Positions 39,441 to 48,875 are shown, numbered from the stretch's first letter. The stretch: DNA of 64,000 nucleotides from Chloroflexota bacterium (GCA_963663275.1 OY760183.1:2016001-2080000), one strand, 5' to 3'. The notes: generated by a model from the sequence alone, not told the origin. Numbers and translations are program-made.

Positions 39441-39848
39441 GTGAAGCAGCCGTGCCGTTTCCTGCTGGTGGTTCTCAGCGTGGCGCTGGGCGGCTGCGGC
39501 GGCGTCATTGCGGAAGTCAGCCGACCGGCGGCGGAAAGTACGCCGCTGCCGACCCCCACCGCGGCCCCGCGTCCCACCCCGTCGCCGGCGCCTGCGCTCG
39601 GCCTGCGCACGCACGGGATCATATTCCACGACCTCACGCAGAGCGAGCGGATTTGCCCCGGCTTTGCGGAAATCCTGTCCCCGTTCGAGATGTCTCCGGA
39701 CCAGTCGTCCGACTCAGCCACGGAGGTCGTGCGGCAGGTGCGGCTGGTCTGCACCAACGACGCTACGGGAACGGTCTACGTGGTGGACCTGGAAAACCAG
39801 ACCATCACCGCCACGCGCAAGCCGCCGCCGGTCCCAGGGATGCCATAA
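39441..39848 (+). CDS. Lipoprotein of unknown function, paralogue 2
   Basis: Lipobox LGGC, PTP linker, same C-terminal domain with a ~12-aa insertion. Confidence 0.75.
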   Translation: MKQPCRFLLVVLSVALGGCGGVIAEVSRPAAESTPLPTPTAAPRPTPSPAPALGLRTHGIIFHDLTQSERICPGFAEILSPFEMSPDQSSDSATEVVRQVRLVCTNDATGTVYVVDLENQTITATRKPPPVPGMP

Positions 39849-39852
39849 GCCA

Positions 39853-40209
39853 ATGAATGCGCTCTTTCGCTTGGGAATCCTGCTCTTGAGCCTGGCGCTG
39901 GCCTTGGCTGGGTGCCGGAGCGCGCCGCCGGCGCCAACTCCGCAGCCCGCGGCGGCCGCGTCAGAGCCGGCGCAGCCGACTCCAACACCCCGGCCTTGGG
40001 CGGAGGGCGTGCTCTTCTTCGAGATCGAGGAACCGGAGCAGACCTGCCTCGGCTACCAGGAGTATCTCTCCCTGCGCGAGACGATCACGCAAATCAAGAT
40101 CGTCTGCACGGTAGAAGGCATCGAGACCGTCTACTTCATCGACACGGAGAAGCAGACGGTGACCGTGGTGCGCATTCCGATACCGCTGACCGTAAAGCCG
40201 CAAGAGTAG
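39853..40209 (+). CDS. Lipoprotein of unknown function, paralogue 3
   Basis: ATG 39853, lipobox LAGC, PTP linker, same C-terminal domain. Confidence 0.75.
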   Translation: MNALFRLGILLLSLALALAGCRSAPPAPTPQPAAAASEPAQPTPTPRPWAEGVLFFEIEEPEQTCLGYQEYLSLRETITQIKIVCTVEGIETVYFIDTEKQTVTVVRIPIPLTVKPQE

Positions 40210-40217
40210 GGTCTGCA

Positions 40218-40859
40218 ATGACGTGCTCGATGGCGCGGAATGGATTAGCGCTTTACAGAGAATACTACGTGGCTACCGGGGATGAACGGCTGGGGCTGTT
40301 CACGCTTGTGGCTGAGCGCTTCGGCTGCCGGAGCGCGCTCTATCCGGGCAGTTTTGCTCACCTGACGCCGGCGTTTGTCTTTCCTCTCACCTGCTTTGCG
40401 GACATGGATAGGCGCGCGGCGGGCTTCTTTGCTGAACCGGGTGTTGGCGACCTAGTGGCGCGGCGGAAAGTCTACGCGCAAGAGCCGCGCATCCGGTTTC
40501 ATCAGGCCGACTATGAGAAGGGCTTGGCGGAAGCCGAAGAGAGTTTTGATCTCTTGATTTCGCTGCACGCGGGGTTTGTCTCACAGCACTGCGAGCGGTA
40601 CCTGAAGCCAGGCGGCATGCTGTTGGTCAACAACAGCCACGGCGACGCCAGCATGGCCCGGCTGGACGCGGACTACACGCTGGCAGGGGCGATCAGCCGC
40701 CGGGGCGAGCGCTTTCGGCTGGTGGAGCAAGACCTAGACTCGTTTTTCGTGCCGAAGCGGCAGCGAATAATCACCCGGGAGTACCTGGAGCGGACGAGGC
40801 GCGGCGTTGCCTTGAACCGGCGCGCCTATGCCTACGTGTTCCGGAGGGTGCGCTCGTAG
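40218..40859 (+). CDS. Hypothetical protein, degenerate class I methyltransferase-like fold
   Basis: ALYPGS, FAD, FDLLIS, YLKPGG.LL. Confidence 0.6.
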   Translation: MTCSMARNGLALYREYYVATGDERLGLFTLVAERFGCRSALYPGSFAHLTPAFVFPLTCFADMDRRAAGFFAEPGVGDLVARRKVYAQEPRIRFHQADYEKGLAEAEESFDLLISLHAGFVSQHCERYLKPGGMLLVNNSHGDASMARLDADYTLAGAISRRGERFRLVEQDLDSFFVPKRQRIITREYLERTRRGVALNRRAYAYVFRRVRS

Positions 40860-40862
40860 CAG

Positions 40863-41243
40863 CTACTCTTCAGTGATGTGCGCCGCCAGCTTGTCCACGA
40901 GTTGATTCACTCGTAGGATGCCGGTTTGCACGAACGTGTCCGGTTGCCAGCCCTCGTAGAAGTTTTGGCGCAGGGAATTCGCTATATGGAAGTGAACATG
41001 GAATCCGGTGTCACCAGTCTCGCTCGAAATTCTGCTGACGCCTTCGAAGAGGCGCGCATAAGTACCGTGCTCCCAGCCTTTGTGCTCGGCTGTGGCTTTC
41101 ACGGCTTGCGCTGCCGCGCCCCAGGCCTTTGCCGATGCTTGCCGTATGTCGCCGGCCGCGAAATCGGCGTGCGCCTGTTCGATGAAGCGGCGGCTGGTTT
41201 GCAGATATCGTTCCACGGCCGCTTCTCGCCCATTGACCACCAC
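40863..41243 (-). CDS. PaREP1 family (HEPN-like) protein
   Basis: GD..QASAKAWGAAAQAVKA, A.SL..NFYE; GGAGGT RBS before GTG 41243. Confidence 0.8.
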   Translation of the reverse strand: MVVNGREAAVERYLQTSRRFIEQAHADFAAGDIRQASAKAWGAAAQAVKATAEHKGWEHGTYARLFEGVSRISSETGDTGFHVHFHIANSLRQNFYEGWQPDTFVQTGILRVNQLVDKLAAHITEE

Positions 41244-41402
41244 TATGACCTCCCAGAAGATTTGCCAGCCCACAATTCTAGCATGGATCGCAACAACGCG
41301 ACACTGCTGGAACGGCATTCAAGATAGGGCGAAATCCTGACATGGCACTTCTCCGCCCAATTCGGCTACCGTATCGAGACCAGGCTGCGGACGCGGCGCG
41401 CT

Positions 41403-42626
41403 CTACAGGAACAAGCCAGGCGTCGGCTCGGTATCCGCGCTGGCCCAGACTTTGCGGACGCGGTGGTTGAAGGTGTCGGCAATGTAGAGATTGCCGGCGA
41501 TGTCCACCGCTACGCCGAGGGGATAGTGTAGGGCGGCTTGTCCCGCCGGCCAGCCGTCGCCGCTAAAGCCGAAGCGCTCGCTGCCGGCCACCGTCGTAAT
41601 GCCGCCCGCGGGCGTGACCTTGCGGATGCGGTGGTTGAACGTATCGGCAATGTAGAGGTTGCCCCGGCTATCGAGAGCGACACCGTAGGGGGCGCGCAGC
41701 GTGGCCTGGGTGGCGTCGCCGCGATCGCCGTTGAAGCCGGAACTGCCGGTGCCGGCGACCGTCCTGATGAGGCCGTCCGCGTCCACCAGGCGTATGCGCC
41801 TGTTCTCCCGGTCGACGACGTAGAGCTTTCCGTCAGCGGAGACGGCCACGCCGCGGGGGCTATTGAGGCGGGCGAGCGCCGCCGGGCCGCCGTCGCCGTT
41901 GAACCCGGCCGCGCCCGTGCCCGCTACGGTGGTGATTGTGCCGTCCGCCGCCAGTCTGCGCACGCGATGGTTGCCGGTGTCGGCGATGTAGAGCGCGCCG
42001 TCGGCGGCTACCGCGATGCCGGTGGGGTAAGCGAGCATTGCCGCCGCGCCGGGGCCGCCGTCACCGGCGAAACCGGGGTCGCCCGTGCCCGCCACCGTGG
42101 TAATGACGCCGGCGGCGGTCACCTTGCGGATGCGGTGATTGTAGGTGTCGGCCACGTAGAGCGCGCCCGCGGCATCCACGGCGACGCCGAGCGGCCTGCG
42201 CAGGCGGGCGTCGCGGGCCTGGCCGCCGTCCCCGTCAGCGCCGGCCTCGCCCGTGCCGGCGACCGTGGTGATGACGCCGTCCGGCGCGACGCGGCGAACG
42301 CGGTGGTTGAAGGCGTCCGCGACGTACACGTTGCCCGCGGTGTCGATGGCAAGGCTGGCCGGCGTGTTGAGCGTGGCCTCTAAAGCCGGCACGCCTTCGC
42401 CGCTGCCGCCGGCGATGCCGTTGCCGGCGATCGTGGTGATGATGCTGGAGCGGGTGACTTCCGATTCGTGTTGTGCCTGCGCCACCGGCTGTGCCTGCAC
42501 GGCAGCGACGGATTGCGGCCCGGGGAGAGCCAGAACGAGCAATGCCACCGCCGCGTAGAGCGGAGCAGTGAGCGCCCGCAAGAGCAGCGCGGCACGTTTC
42601 AATGGTCTTCGGGTTTGACGAAACAT
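41403..42626 (-). CDS. Secreted NHL-repeat beta-propeller protein
   Basis: Signal peptide; six P.GvAvD..G.lYiAD..NHRvR.v...G.ItTvAG.G repeats. Confidence 0.9.
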   Translation of the reverse strand: MFRQTRRPLKRAALLLRALTAPLYAAVALLVLALPGPQSVAAVQAQPVAQAQHESEVTRSSIITTIAGNGIAGGSGEGVPALEATLNTPASLAIDTAGNVYVADAFNHRVRRVAPDGVITTVAGTGEAGADGDGGQARDARLRRPLGVAVDAAGALYVADTYNHRIRKVTAAGVITTVAGTGDPGFAGDGGPGAAAMLAYPTGIAVAADGALYIADTGNHRVRRLAADGTITTVAGTGAAGFNGDGGPAALARLNSPRGVAVSADGKLYVVDRENRRIRLVDADGLIRTVAGTGSSGFNGDRGDATQATLRAPYGVALDSRGNLYIADTFNHRIRKVTPAGGITTVAGSERFGFSGDGWPAGQAALHYPLGVAVDIAGNLYIADTFNHRVRKVWASADTEPTPGLFL

Positions 42627-42741
42627 GAGCGTTCGGCAAATACTGTGTTCAGAGCATTCAACTTCCAGCGCTCGCGTTTACCCATTATACGCCATGCTCG
42701 CGTATGAACGGGGACGCGAGGCGTATGCGGGATGGTGACCG

Positions 42742-45210
42742 TTGATAAGAGTGCGTTATGCCGCCGCCGTGGCGCTTGGCTGCCTGTGCTTGCTGCTGAC
42801 GGCGTGTGGAGAGGACGAGCCGGCCATCGACGCCGCCGTTGAAGCAACGGCCACCGTTCCCTCGCCGCGCGTCACCCAAACGGCTGCGCCCGCGGACGCG
42901 CCGCCCACGGCCGCGCCGCTCGCGCCCACGCCAACCGAGAAACCGGCGGGGTCGGCGGCCACACCCGACGTTGCCCCCACCGCCGCGCCCACGCCGGATC
43001 CGCTGCCTACGCAGGCGCCGTCACCAACGGCCCTGCCGCTGTCCACGCCGGCGCCGGCGGCTTCACCGGAGGCTGCTCCCGCGCCCGCGGCGACCCCGGT
43101 TCTCGCCAACGTGTCGGCGCTTCGTTTCACCGGAGTGCGCGTGCTGCTCAACGAGCCGAGCCAGGTGCAGGCGGTCTTCTCGCTCCGCGACCAAGAGGGC
43201 AACCCCGTGATTCTGCCGGCGGCGGAGTTGCAAGGCGCAACGCGCATCTACGAGCGCGGCGGCGACGCGGCGGCGTGGGAGGAAATCGACTACACGGAGA
43301 CCAACTTCTTCGTGCACTCCGCGGAGCGCTTCGCGTTGGAGGTCGTGTTCGTCCTGGACTTCACGCGCAGCATGACCACCTGGCGGCTGCCCGACGGGAC
43401 GGCCGGCAGCGCGCTCATGCGCCAGGCGTTGGCGCGCGCGCTGGAGCGCCTGCCGGAGGCCCATCGCGTTGGGGTCGCGGCCTTTCACGATCGCAGCGCG
43501 GAGCCGGTGATACTGGCTTTTCCCACCACGGACCGGGACCTGATACGCACTGCCGTGGCGCAGTTTGCCGAATCGGGTTTCGACTCCGGTTCCAGCCGCC
43601 TCTGGGACGCCGTGGCGCGTGGACTTGCAATGTTCCAAGCGGAGGAAGACGCCTCACTTGACATAAGCCGCGCCTTGGTCTTTCTCTCGGACGGGCGGGA
43701 CACCAGCAGCCTGCGCACCCGCGACGACGTGATCCAACTGGCGCAGGCTGGCGGCGTGCAACTCTACCCGCTCGGCCTGGGGGACGTTTACCAGGAGCCG
43801 GAATTGCGGTCTTTGGCGACGGCGACGAACGGCGCGTACTACGCGGTGGACGCATTGGCGCGGCTGGAAGCGCAGTTCAATGCGTTGGTGAACGACCTTG
43901 CCGGCCAGTATAAGCTCAGCTACACCACCCTCCGCCGCGGCGGAGAGTACGCGGTGCGCATCGAGACCACGTTGCAGGGGGTGACCGGCGTCTTTACCAG
44001 CGGTGCGCTGCCCGTCGGCGACGTGTACAGCCCGGATACGCAGGGGCGCATCGCGGTGGATCCGCCGACGCTTGACGTGGAAGAGCAGACCGCCGCCACG
44101 TTTGTGCGCGCACTCCACGTGCCGCGCAACATCCAGCACTTCCGCTTTACAGTGCCTCTGGACCGTCCCGTTGAAGTCTCACTGGTGCCGGCGCGCGCGG
44201 GCGGCCTGCTGGCAGGGTGGGAACTCTCCCCGCCGGATGAAGCGGGTTATTGGAGGGCCGAGGGGCCGGCGCCGCTGTCGTTTGGCAACTTCGGCTTGCT
44301 CTTCAAGGTAGTTGTGACCGGCGTGAGCGAGACGGACTTTGCCATTCCCATCGTCTTCGACAACAGCGGCTATGGCGGCAATAAGCAATTCGTCGTCGTC
44401 TCCGGCGGCGCCGAACGCCTGGCGCGGCTCGCCTTCGCCAGCCTGCGCGACGAGAATTGGGAACTCTACGCGGTGTACGCGGACGGCAGCGGCTTGACGC
44501 GCCTGACTAACGATCCGGCCAACGACGTGGCGCCCAACTGGTCGCCGGACGGACGCCGCATCGCGTTCGCCAGCAACCGCGCTGGCAACTTCGACATTTT
44601 CGTGATGAACGCCGACGGCGAGAAAGTTACGCAATTGACGGACGCTCCCGGCGACGACTTTGCGCCCCGCTGGTCGCCCGACGGCCGCCGGCTGGCGTTC
44701 TACAGCGAACGGGAAGGCAACGTGGACATCTACGTGATGAACGCCGACGGCAGCGGGCAAACGCGGCTCACGTTCGACCGGGGGCGCGAACTCACGCCCT
44801 CTTGGTCGCCCGACGGGGTGAAGATCGCCTTTACCAGTGACCGGGAACGGAACTTCGACATCTTCACGATAAACGCCGACGGCAGCGCGTTGACCCAGGT
44901 GACCAGCGACCGGGCGGCGGATACGGCGCCGGCTTGGTCGCCGGACGGGCGCAGACTGGCCTTCACGAGCAAGCGCTCCGGCAACTGGGAGGTCTACACG
45001 ATCAACGCCGACGGCAGCGGGCTGACCCAGGTGACGACGCACCCGGCCGACGACTTCGCTCCCGCGTGGTCGGCGGACGGCAGCCGCCTGGCATTCTACA
45101 GCATCAGGAATCTCAACTACGAGATCTACGTTATGAACCTGGCCGACGGTTCCCTCACGCGCCTGACCGAGCACCCGGCGCTGGACGCCGATCCGGCGTG
45201 GTCGCCGTAG
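42742..45210 (+). CDS. Lipoprotein: Pro-rich stalk + VWA domain + TolB-like PD40 beta-propeller
   Basis: Lipobox LTAC; VFVLDFTRS and FLSDG (MIDAS-like); six P.WSpDG repeats. Confidence 0.85.
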   Translation: MIRVRYAAAVALGCLCLLLTACGEDEPAIDAAVEATATVPSPRVTQTAAPADAPPTAAPLAPTPTEKPAGSAATPDVAPTAAPTPDPLPTQAPSPTALPLSTPAPAASPEAAPAPAATPVLANVSALRFTGVRVLLNEPSQVQAVFSLRDQEGNPVILPAAELQGATRIYERGGDAAAWEEIDYTETNFFVHSAERFALEVVFVLDFTRSMTTWRLPDGTAGSALMRQALARALERLPEAHRVGVAAFHDRSAEPVILAFPTTDRDLIRTAVAQFAESGFDSGSSRLWDAVARGLAMFQAEEDASLDISRALVFLSDGRDTSSLRTRDDVIQLAQAGGVQLYPLGLGDVYQEPELRSLATATNGAYYAVDALARLEAQFNALVNDLAGQYKLSYTTLRRGGEYAVRIETTLQGVTGVFTSGALPVGDVYSPDTQGRIAVDPPTLDVEEQTAATFVRALHVPRNIQHFRFTVPLDRPVEVSLVPARAGGLLAGWELSPPDEAGYWRAEGPAPLSFGNFGLLFKVVVTGVSETDFAIPIVFDNSGYGGNKQFVVVSGGAERLARLAFASLRDENWELYAVYADGSGLTRLTNDPANDVAPNWSPDGRRIAFASNRAGNFDIFVMNADGEKVTQLTDAPGDDFAPRWSPDGRRLAFYSEREGNVDIYVMNADGSGQTRLTFDRGRELTPSWSPDGVKIAFTSDRERNFDIFTINADGSALTQVTSDRAADTAPAWSPDGRRLAFTSKRSGNWEVYTINADGSGLTQVTTHPADDFAPAWSADGSRLAFYSIRNLNYEIYVMNLADGSLTRLTEHPALDADPAWSP

Positions 45211-45341
45211 CCAGGATAGACGGAGGAGGTTCATGGCAGGCCAACGAGACCCGAGTAAGGTTACACAAAGATAAAGAGTCTTACACGTTCCTCGCCGTGT
45301 AGATTGTTTCCACTACAGAAAGAGTGACGTGAGAGTCAAAT

Positions 45342-46112
45342 CTAGCCCTGGGCAAATCCAAGATACTCGGCTAGTTCTTTGTGCTCGATGACTATGTTGG
45401 TGTCTGTTACCCGGTTCAATTCCCTGGCTCCCCCAGGAAGCAACTTCCCGCTCCGTTCCTTGAATACGACGTTAGCAACCAGTTTTCCATAATCCTTGAT
45501 AAGCTCGATTGCCGGAACATAGTCTTGATCTCCTGAAACAATCACTGCCACGTCGTAAATGTCCTTGAGGGAGGCCATGTCACAGGCTAGCTTGACGTCT
45601 ACCGACTTTTCTTCACCTAATCTGCCTTCAAACAGGTTGTACCGGACAACACCCGACCGCCGAAACTCTATCGCATCATGTTGAGCAGCAATGCCGTCTT
45701 GCACCTTAATCTGCCCGTCGAACCGGCGCTGCACATTCGCTTGCTGCTCCTTCAAGAGTTGCACCATTGCTTGCATCTTGCTGTTCAACTCTTCGCTCTC
45801 GGTGATTTGATCTAACTCTGCTCTATAGCTGGGATGCTTTGACAATACAGTCCGCAATCTGCTCGGGTCTCTCGCAAGCTTATTCAGACTGTACGGCCAG
45901 AAGGAAACGGCCCGAACCACATACCAGTACGTCCTAACGCGCAGGCCGCCGTAGCGGGGAGCACAGGCAAGTCGCTCAAAGAACTGGGTCCATGCAGCTT
46001 GCCTTGGCAAGTAGTTTATCTCTCGGAACTCACTCTTGAATAGCCTAACAATCGAGTGGCGAAAGTTCTCACCATCTACAAATACACAGACTCGGTTCAT
46101 CGCATTCACCAC
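45342..46112 (-). CDS. NYN domain (LabA/DUF88, PIN-like) putative ribonuclease (start may be ATG 46100)
   Basis: VFVDGENF, EKSVDVKLACD, IVSGDQDYVP..E.....GK; more AT-rich than neighbours. Confidence 0.88.
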   Translation of the reverse strand: MVNAMNRVCVFVDGENFRHSIVRLFKSEFREINYLPRQAAWTQFFERLACAPRYGGLRVRTYWYVVRAVSFWPYSLNKLARDPSRLRTVLSKHPSYRAELDQITESEELNSKMQAMVQLLKEQQANVQRRFDGQIKVQDGIAAQHDAIEFRRSGVVRYNLFEGRLGEEKSVDVKLACDMASLKDIYDVAVIVSGDQDYVPAIELIKDYGKLVANVVFKERSGKLLPGGARELNRVTDTNIVIEHKELAEYLGFAQG

Positions 46113-46241
46113 ATAGAAAGAAGCGGCGAACCCGCAGTTCGCCGCTTACATAGGCAGCGAACGTGTAGGTTCGCCGCGAAACACGGCGAACCCGCAGTCC
46201 GCCGCAAATGATTCAGCCTAGGAACACCTAGACGCTTCTAC
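46113..46241 (-). ncRNA. Candidate structured leader/antitoxin RNA: four hairpins, three of them repeats, the last terminator-like
   Basis: Stems at 46121-46147, 46154-46177, 46183-46205 and ~46216-46233; every apparent mismatch is G-U on the minus strand. Confidence 0.6.
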
Positions 46242-46247
46242 GTCCAC

Positions 46248-46276
46248 ATGTTACTTGAAGCCGGCTCATGAGTCAA
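46248..46276 (-). promoter_or_regulatory. Sigma70-type promoter TTGACT-N17-TAACAT for the hairpin leader and NYN gene
   Basis: -35 at 46276-46271, -10 at 46253-46248, exact 17-nt spacer. Confidence 0.7.
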
Positions 46277-46553
46277 GGACTTGCTAGTCTCTTCGCAAGA
46301 CGTGGGACACTTCCATCTTCTTGGCTGGATGTTCAACAATGAGTTTGCTTCTTCTCACGCGCTGACAACTCTTGCGAAACTCTCCAGTTCGTTGAACTAA
46401 CGAGGCCACCGAGGAGACCTGACTGGCGGACTGAACTATCTCTCAGCCTTCGTTTCGTGATACCGTATACTGCGACTGCTTTGCATTACGGGGAACCTAT
46501 TCTTCCCCTTTACGATAGTTTGAGCACACGCGCGCACGAAAGAGGATGGACTC

Positions 46554-47717
46554 ATGCGTTTTGCGAATCGGATAGCCAAGTTGCCGCCGTACTTGTTCGC
46601 CGAGGTGGACCGGCGGATTGCGGCCAAGCGGAAAGAAGGGGTGGACGTGATCTCGCTGGGGATTGGCGATCCCGACTTGCCCACGCCGCAGCACGTGATC
46701 GACGCCCTGGCGGCGGCCGCGGCCAAACCCTACACCCACCAGTACCCGGAATACGAGGGACTGCCTGAGTTCCGCGAGGCGGTGGCGGCGTGGTACGGGC
46801 AGCGGTTCGGCGTAAAGCTGGACCCGGAGACCCAGGTGGTCTCGCTCATCGGCTCCAAAGAGGGCATCGCCCACTTTCCCGTGGCGGTGGTGGACCCCGG
46901 CGACGCGGTGCTGGCCACCGACCCGGGCTACCCGGTCTACCACACCGGCACGCTCTTCTCCGACGGCGAGACCTACTACGTGCCGCTGCGGGCCGAGAAC
47001 GATTTTTTGCCCGACCTTGGGGCGATTCCCAACGACGTGATAAGACGCGCCAAAATGCTCTGGATCTGCTATCCGAACAATCCCACGGCGGCGGTGGCGC
47101 CCCGCGCGTTCTTCGAGGAGTGCGTGGCGTTCGGCAAGCAACACGACCTCATCATTGCCCACGACGCGGCCTATACCGAGGTCTGCTTCGACGGCTACAA
47201 GCCCATGAGTTTCCTGGAAGTGGACGGCGCGATGGACGTGGGCATAGAGTTTCACTCGCTCTCCAAGACCTACAACATGACCGGCTGGCGCATCGGCATG
47301 GCCGTGGGCAATACCGACATCATCGAGGCGCTGGGCCGGGTTAAGACAAACATCGACTCCGGCATCTTCCGCGCGGTGCAGGAGGCCGGCGTGGTGGCGC
47401 TGAACGAGACGCCGCAGTCTTGGATCGACGAGCGCAACGCCATCTACCAGGAACGCCGCGACCTGATCCTGAACGCCCTGGCGGGCATGGGACTGAACGC
47501 GCAGACACCCAAGGCCAGCCTCTACGTGTGGTCGCCCACACCCAAGGGCATCTCGGCCATCGACTTCTCCGTGCGGCTGCTCGACGAGGCGGGAATCGTC
47601 ATCACCCCGGGCGTGGGCTTCGGCGACGCGGGCGAGGGCTACTTCCGCATCTCCCTGGCCTGTCCGACGGACCGCCTGCAAGAGGCGATGGAACGCTTGG
47701 CGGCGGTGAATGTCTGA
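46554..47717 (+). CDS. dapL: LL-diaminopimelate aminotransferase
   Basis: LPPYLFAE, LGIGDPDLPTP, GSKEGIAH, YPNNPT, HDAAY.E, EFHSLSKTYNMTGWRIG, TPG.GFG..GEGY.RISL. Confidence 0.88.
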   Translation: MRFANRIAKLPPYLFAEVDRRIAAKRKEGVDVISLGIGDPDLPTPQHVIDALAAAAAKPYTHQYPEYEGLPEFREAVAAWYGQRFGVKLDPETQVVSLIGSKEGIAHFPVAVVDPGDAVLATDPGYPVYHTGTLFSDGETYYVPLRAENDFLPDLGAIPNDVIRRAKMLWICYPNNPTAAVAPRAFFEECVAFGKQHDLIIAHDAAYTEVCFDGYKPMSFLEVDGAMDVGIEFHSLSKTYNMTGWRIGMAVGNTDIIEALGRVKTNIDSGIFRAVQEAGVVALNETPQSWIDERNAIYQERRDLILNALAGMGLNAQTPKASLYVWSPTPKGISAIDFSVRLLDEAGIVITPGVGFGDAGEGYFRISLACPTDRLQEAMERLAAVNV

Positions 47718-47975
47718 GTGAGCCGAGCCCGGTAGCTTGCTGTGCCTTGCGCCAAGAGGCGGGGGACAAGCCCCCGCGCTACACCTTAGCGGTCTTTGCG
47801 GGGAGCGGCGCGGGGAGGAATTCAGGCGCAAATTGCCAGACCGTAGGGGCACGACATGTCGTGCCCCTACCGCGAAGAGATCTTTTCATTCCCCTACGGC
47901 GAAGAGGTCTAGGTGGCTCGTTCTGGCAATCCGCCTGGTAGCGAAAACTGTTGGCTGTAGGCGCTTCATCTGGAT

Positions 47976-48875
47976 GTGAATGTGGCTGAAATGAGGGAAC
48001 AGCACGTTTCCCGCGCCGCTCGGTTGGCGGAGACTATAGCCGACGACTTCTATAGCTCCAGGCTTGACTTGTCGGCGAGAGGCATTGAGACAATCGATCC
48101 TTGGTCGCAAATGCCGGAAGTGGCGAGCGCGAAGAGGCTGCGCGCTTCAGGAGCCTCGGATCGGCGGTTGCGGTTGTACCTCACGTTCAATACAGCGATG
48201 GATCGTGCCCGGGATTCGAACCGCCTCTGGCGGAACGCTTTCGCAATGTTCAAAGCGCGCCCAAGCCTCTATGAGCCTGATGTCGTTTCGGACGTACCGC
48301 TCGACACACTGCGAGAAGTCCTCACTCACTTTCACGTTAGCCAGCGCCACGGGCCTGATTCAGAGGCATGGAGAGACATCGCCCAGAGCCTGGCCTCCAA
48401 TGAAGGCCCAGTGTATCGGGTAATCGAGGAAGGTGTGGGCGACGCCGACGAATTGCTCCGAGATCTACGTAGCCGGAGTGGGGGGCGAAATCGCTTCCCA
48501 TCACTCAGAGGGCCAAAGATTCGCCCACTATGGGTGCGCACTATGGCGAGCCCCGGCGGGGCTGCCATCAGTGGAATTGATAGCATTCCGGTCGCGGTTG
48601 ACGTTCACACAAGGCGCGTGACTGAAAACCTTGGGGTGACGGATACGCGTGAATTCAGCATGGAGAAAGCGAAACCTATCATCCACGCGGCGTGGCATGA
48701 GGCGGTTGCGGCGGCGAATTTCGGCGGGCCGCCGGGCATAGAAGGCACGTGCGCCGCGCTGGACCCGGCGCTGTGGTTCTTTGGAAAGTACGGTTGCAGT
48801 TTCTGCGAGGAGAAGGGAGAACTGCTGCCCATCAGCCGGGCGTGTGACGGCTGTACGCTATTCGATCGCCGCTAA
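47976..48875 (+). CDS. HhH-superfamily DNA glycosylase/lyase-like protein with C-terminal Cys cluster
   Basis: FPSLRGPKI (HhH-like Lys), IPVAVDVHTRRV (catalytic Asp-like), LW.FG, CSFC...CDGC. Confidence 0.6.
   Translation: MNVAEMREQHVSRAARLAETIADDFYSSRLDLSARGIETIDPWSQMPEVASAKRLRASGASDRRLRLYLTFNTAMDRARDSNRLWRNAFAMFKARPSLYEPDVVSDVPLDTLREVLTHFHVSQRHGPDSEAWRDIAQSLASNEGPVYRVIEEGVGDADELLRDLRSRSGGRNRFPSLRGPKIRPLWVRTMASPGGAAISGIDSIPVAVDVHTRRVTENLGVTDTREFSMEKAKPIIHAAWHEAVAAANFGGPPGIEGTCAALDPALWFFGKYGCSFCEEKGELLPISRACDGCTLFDRR

Noticed and set aside
46121-46205. Hairpin repeats as a mini-CRISPR
   Set aside because: Linkers are only 5-6 nt, too short for spacers; kept as a structured leader instead.
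47823-47937. MITE with caggcg..attgccaga / tctggcaat.cgcctg ends
   Set aside because: The inverted ends need gaps to align and I see no target duplication.
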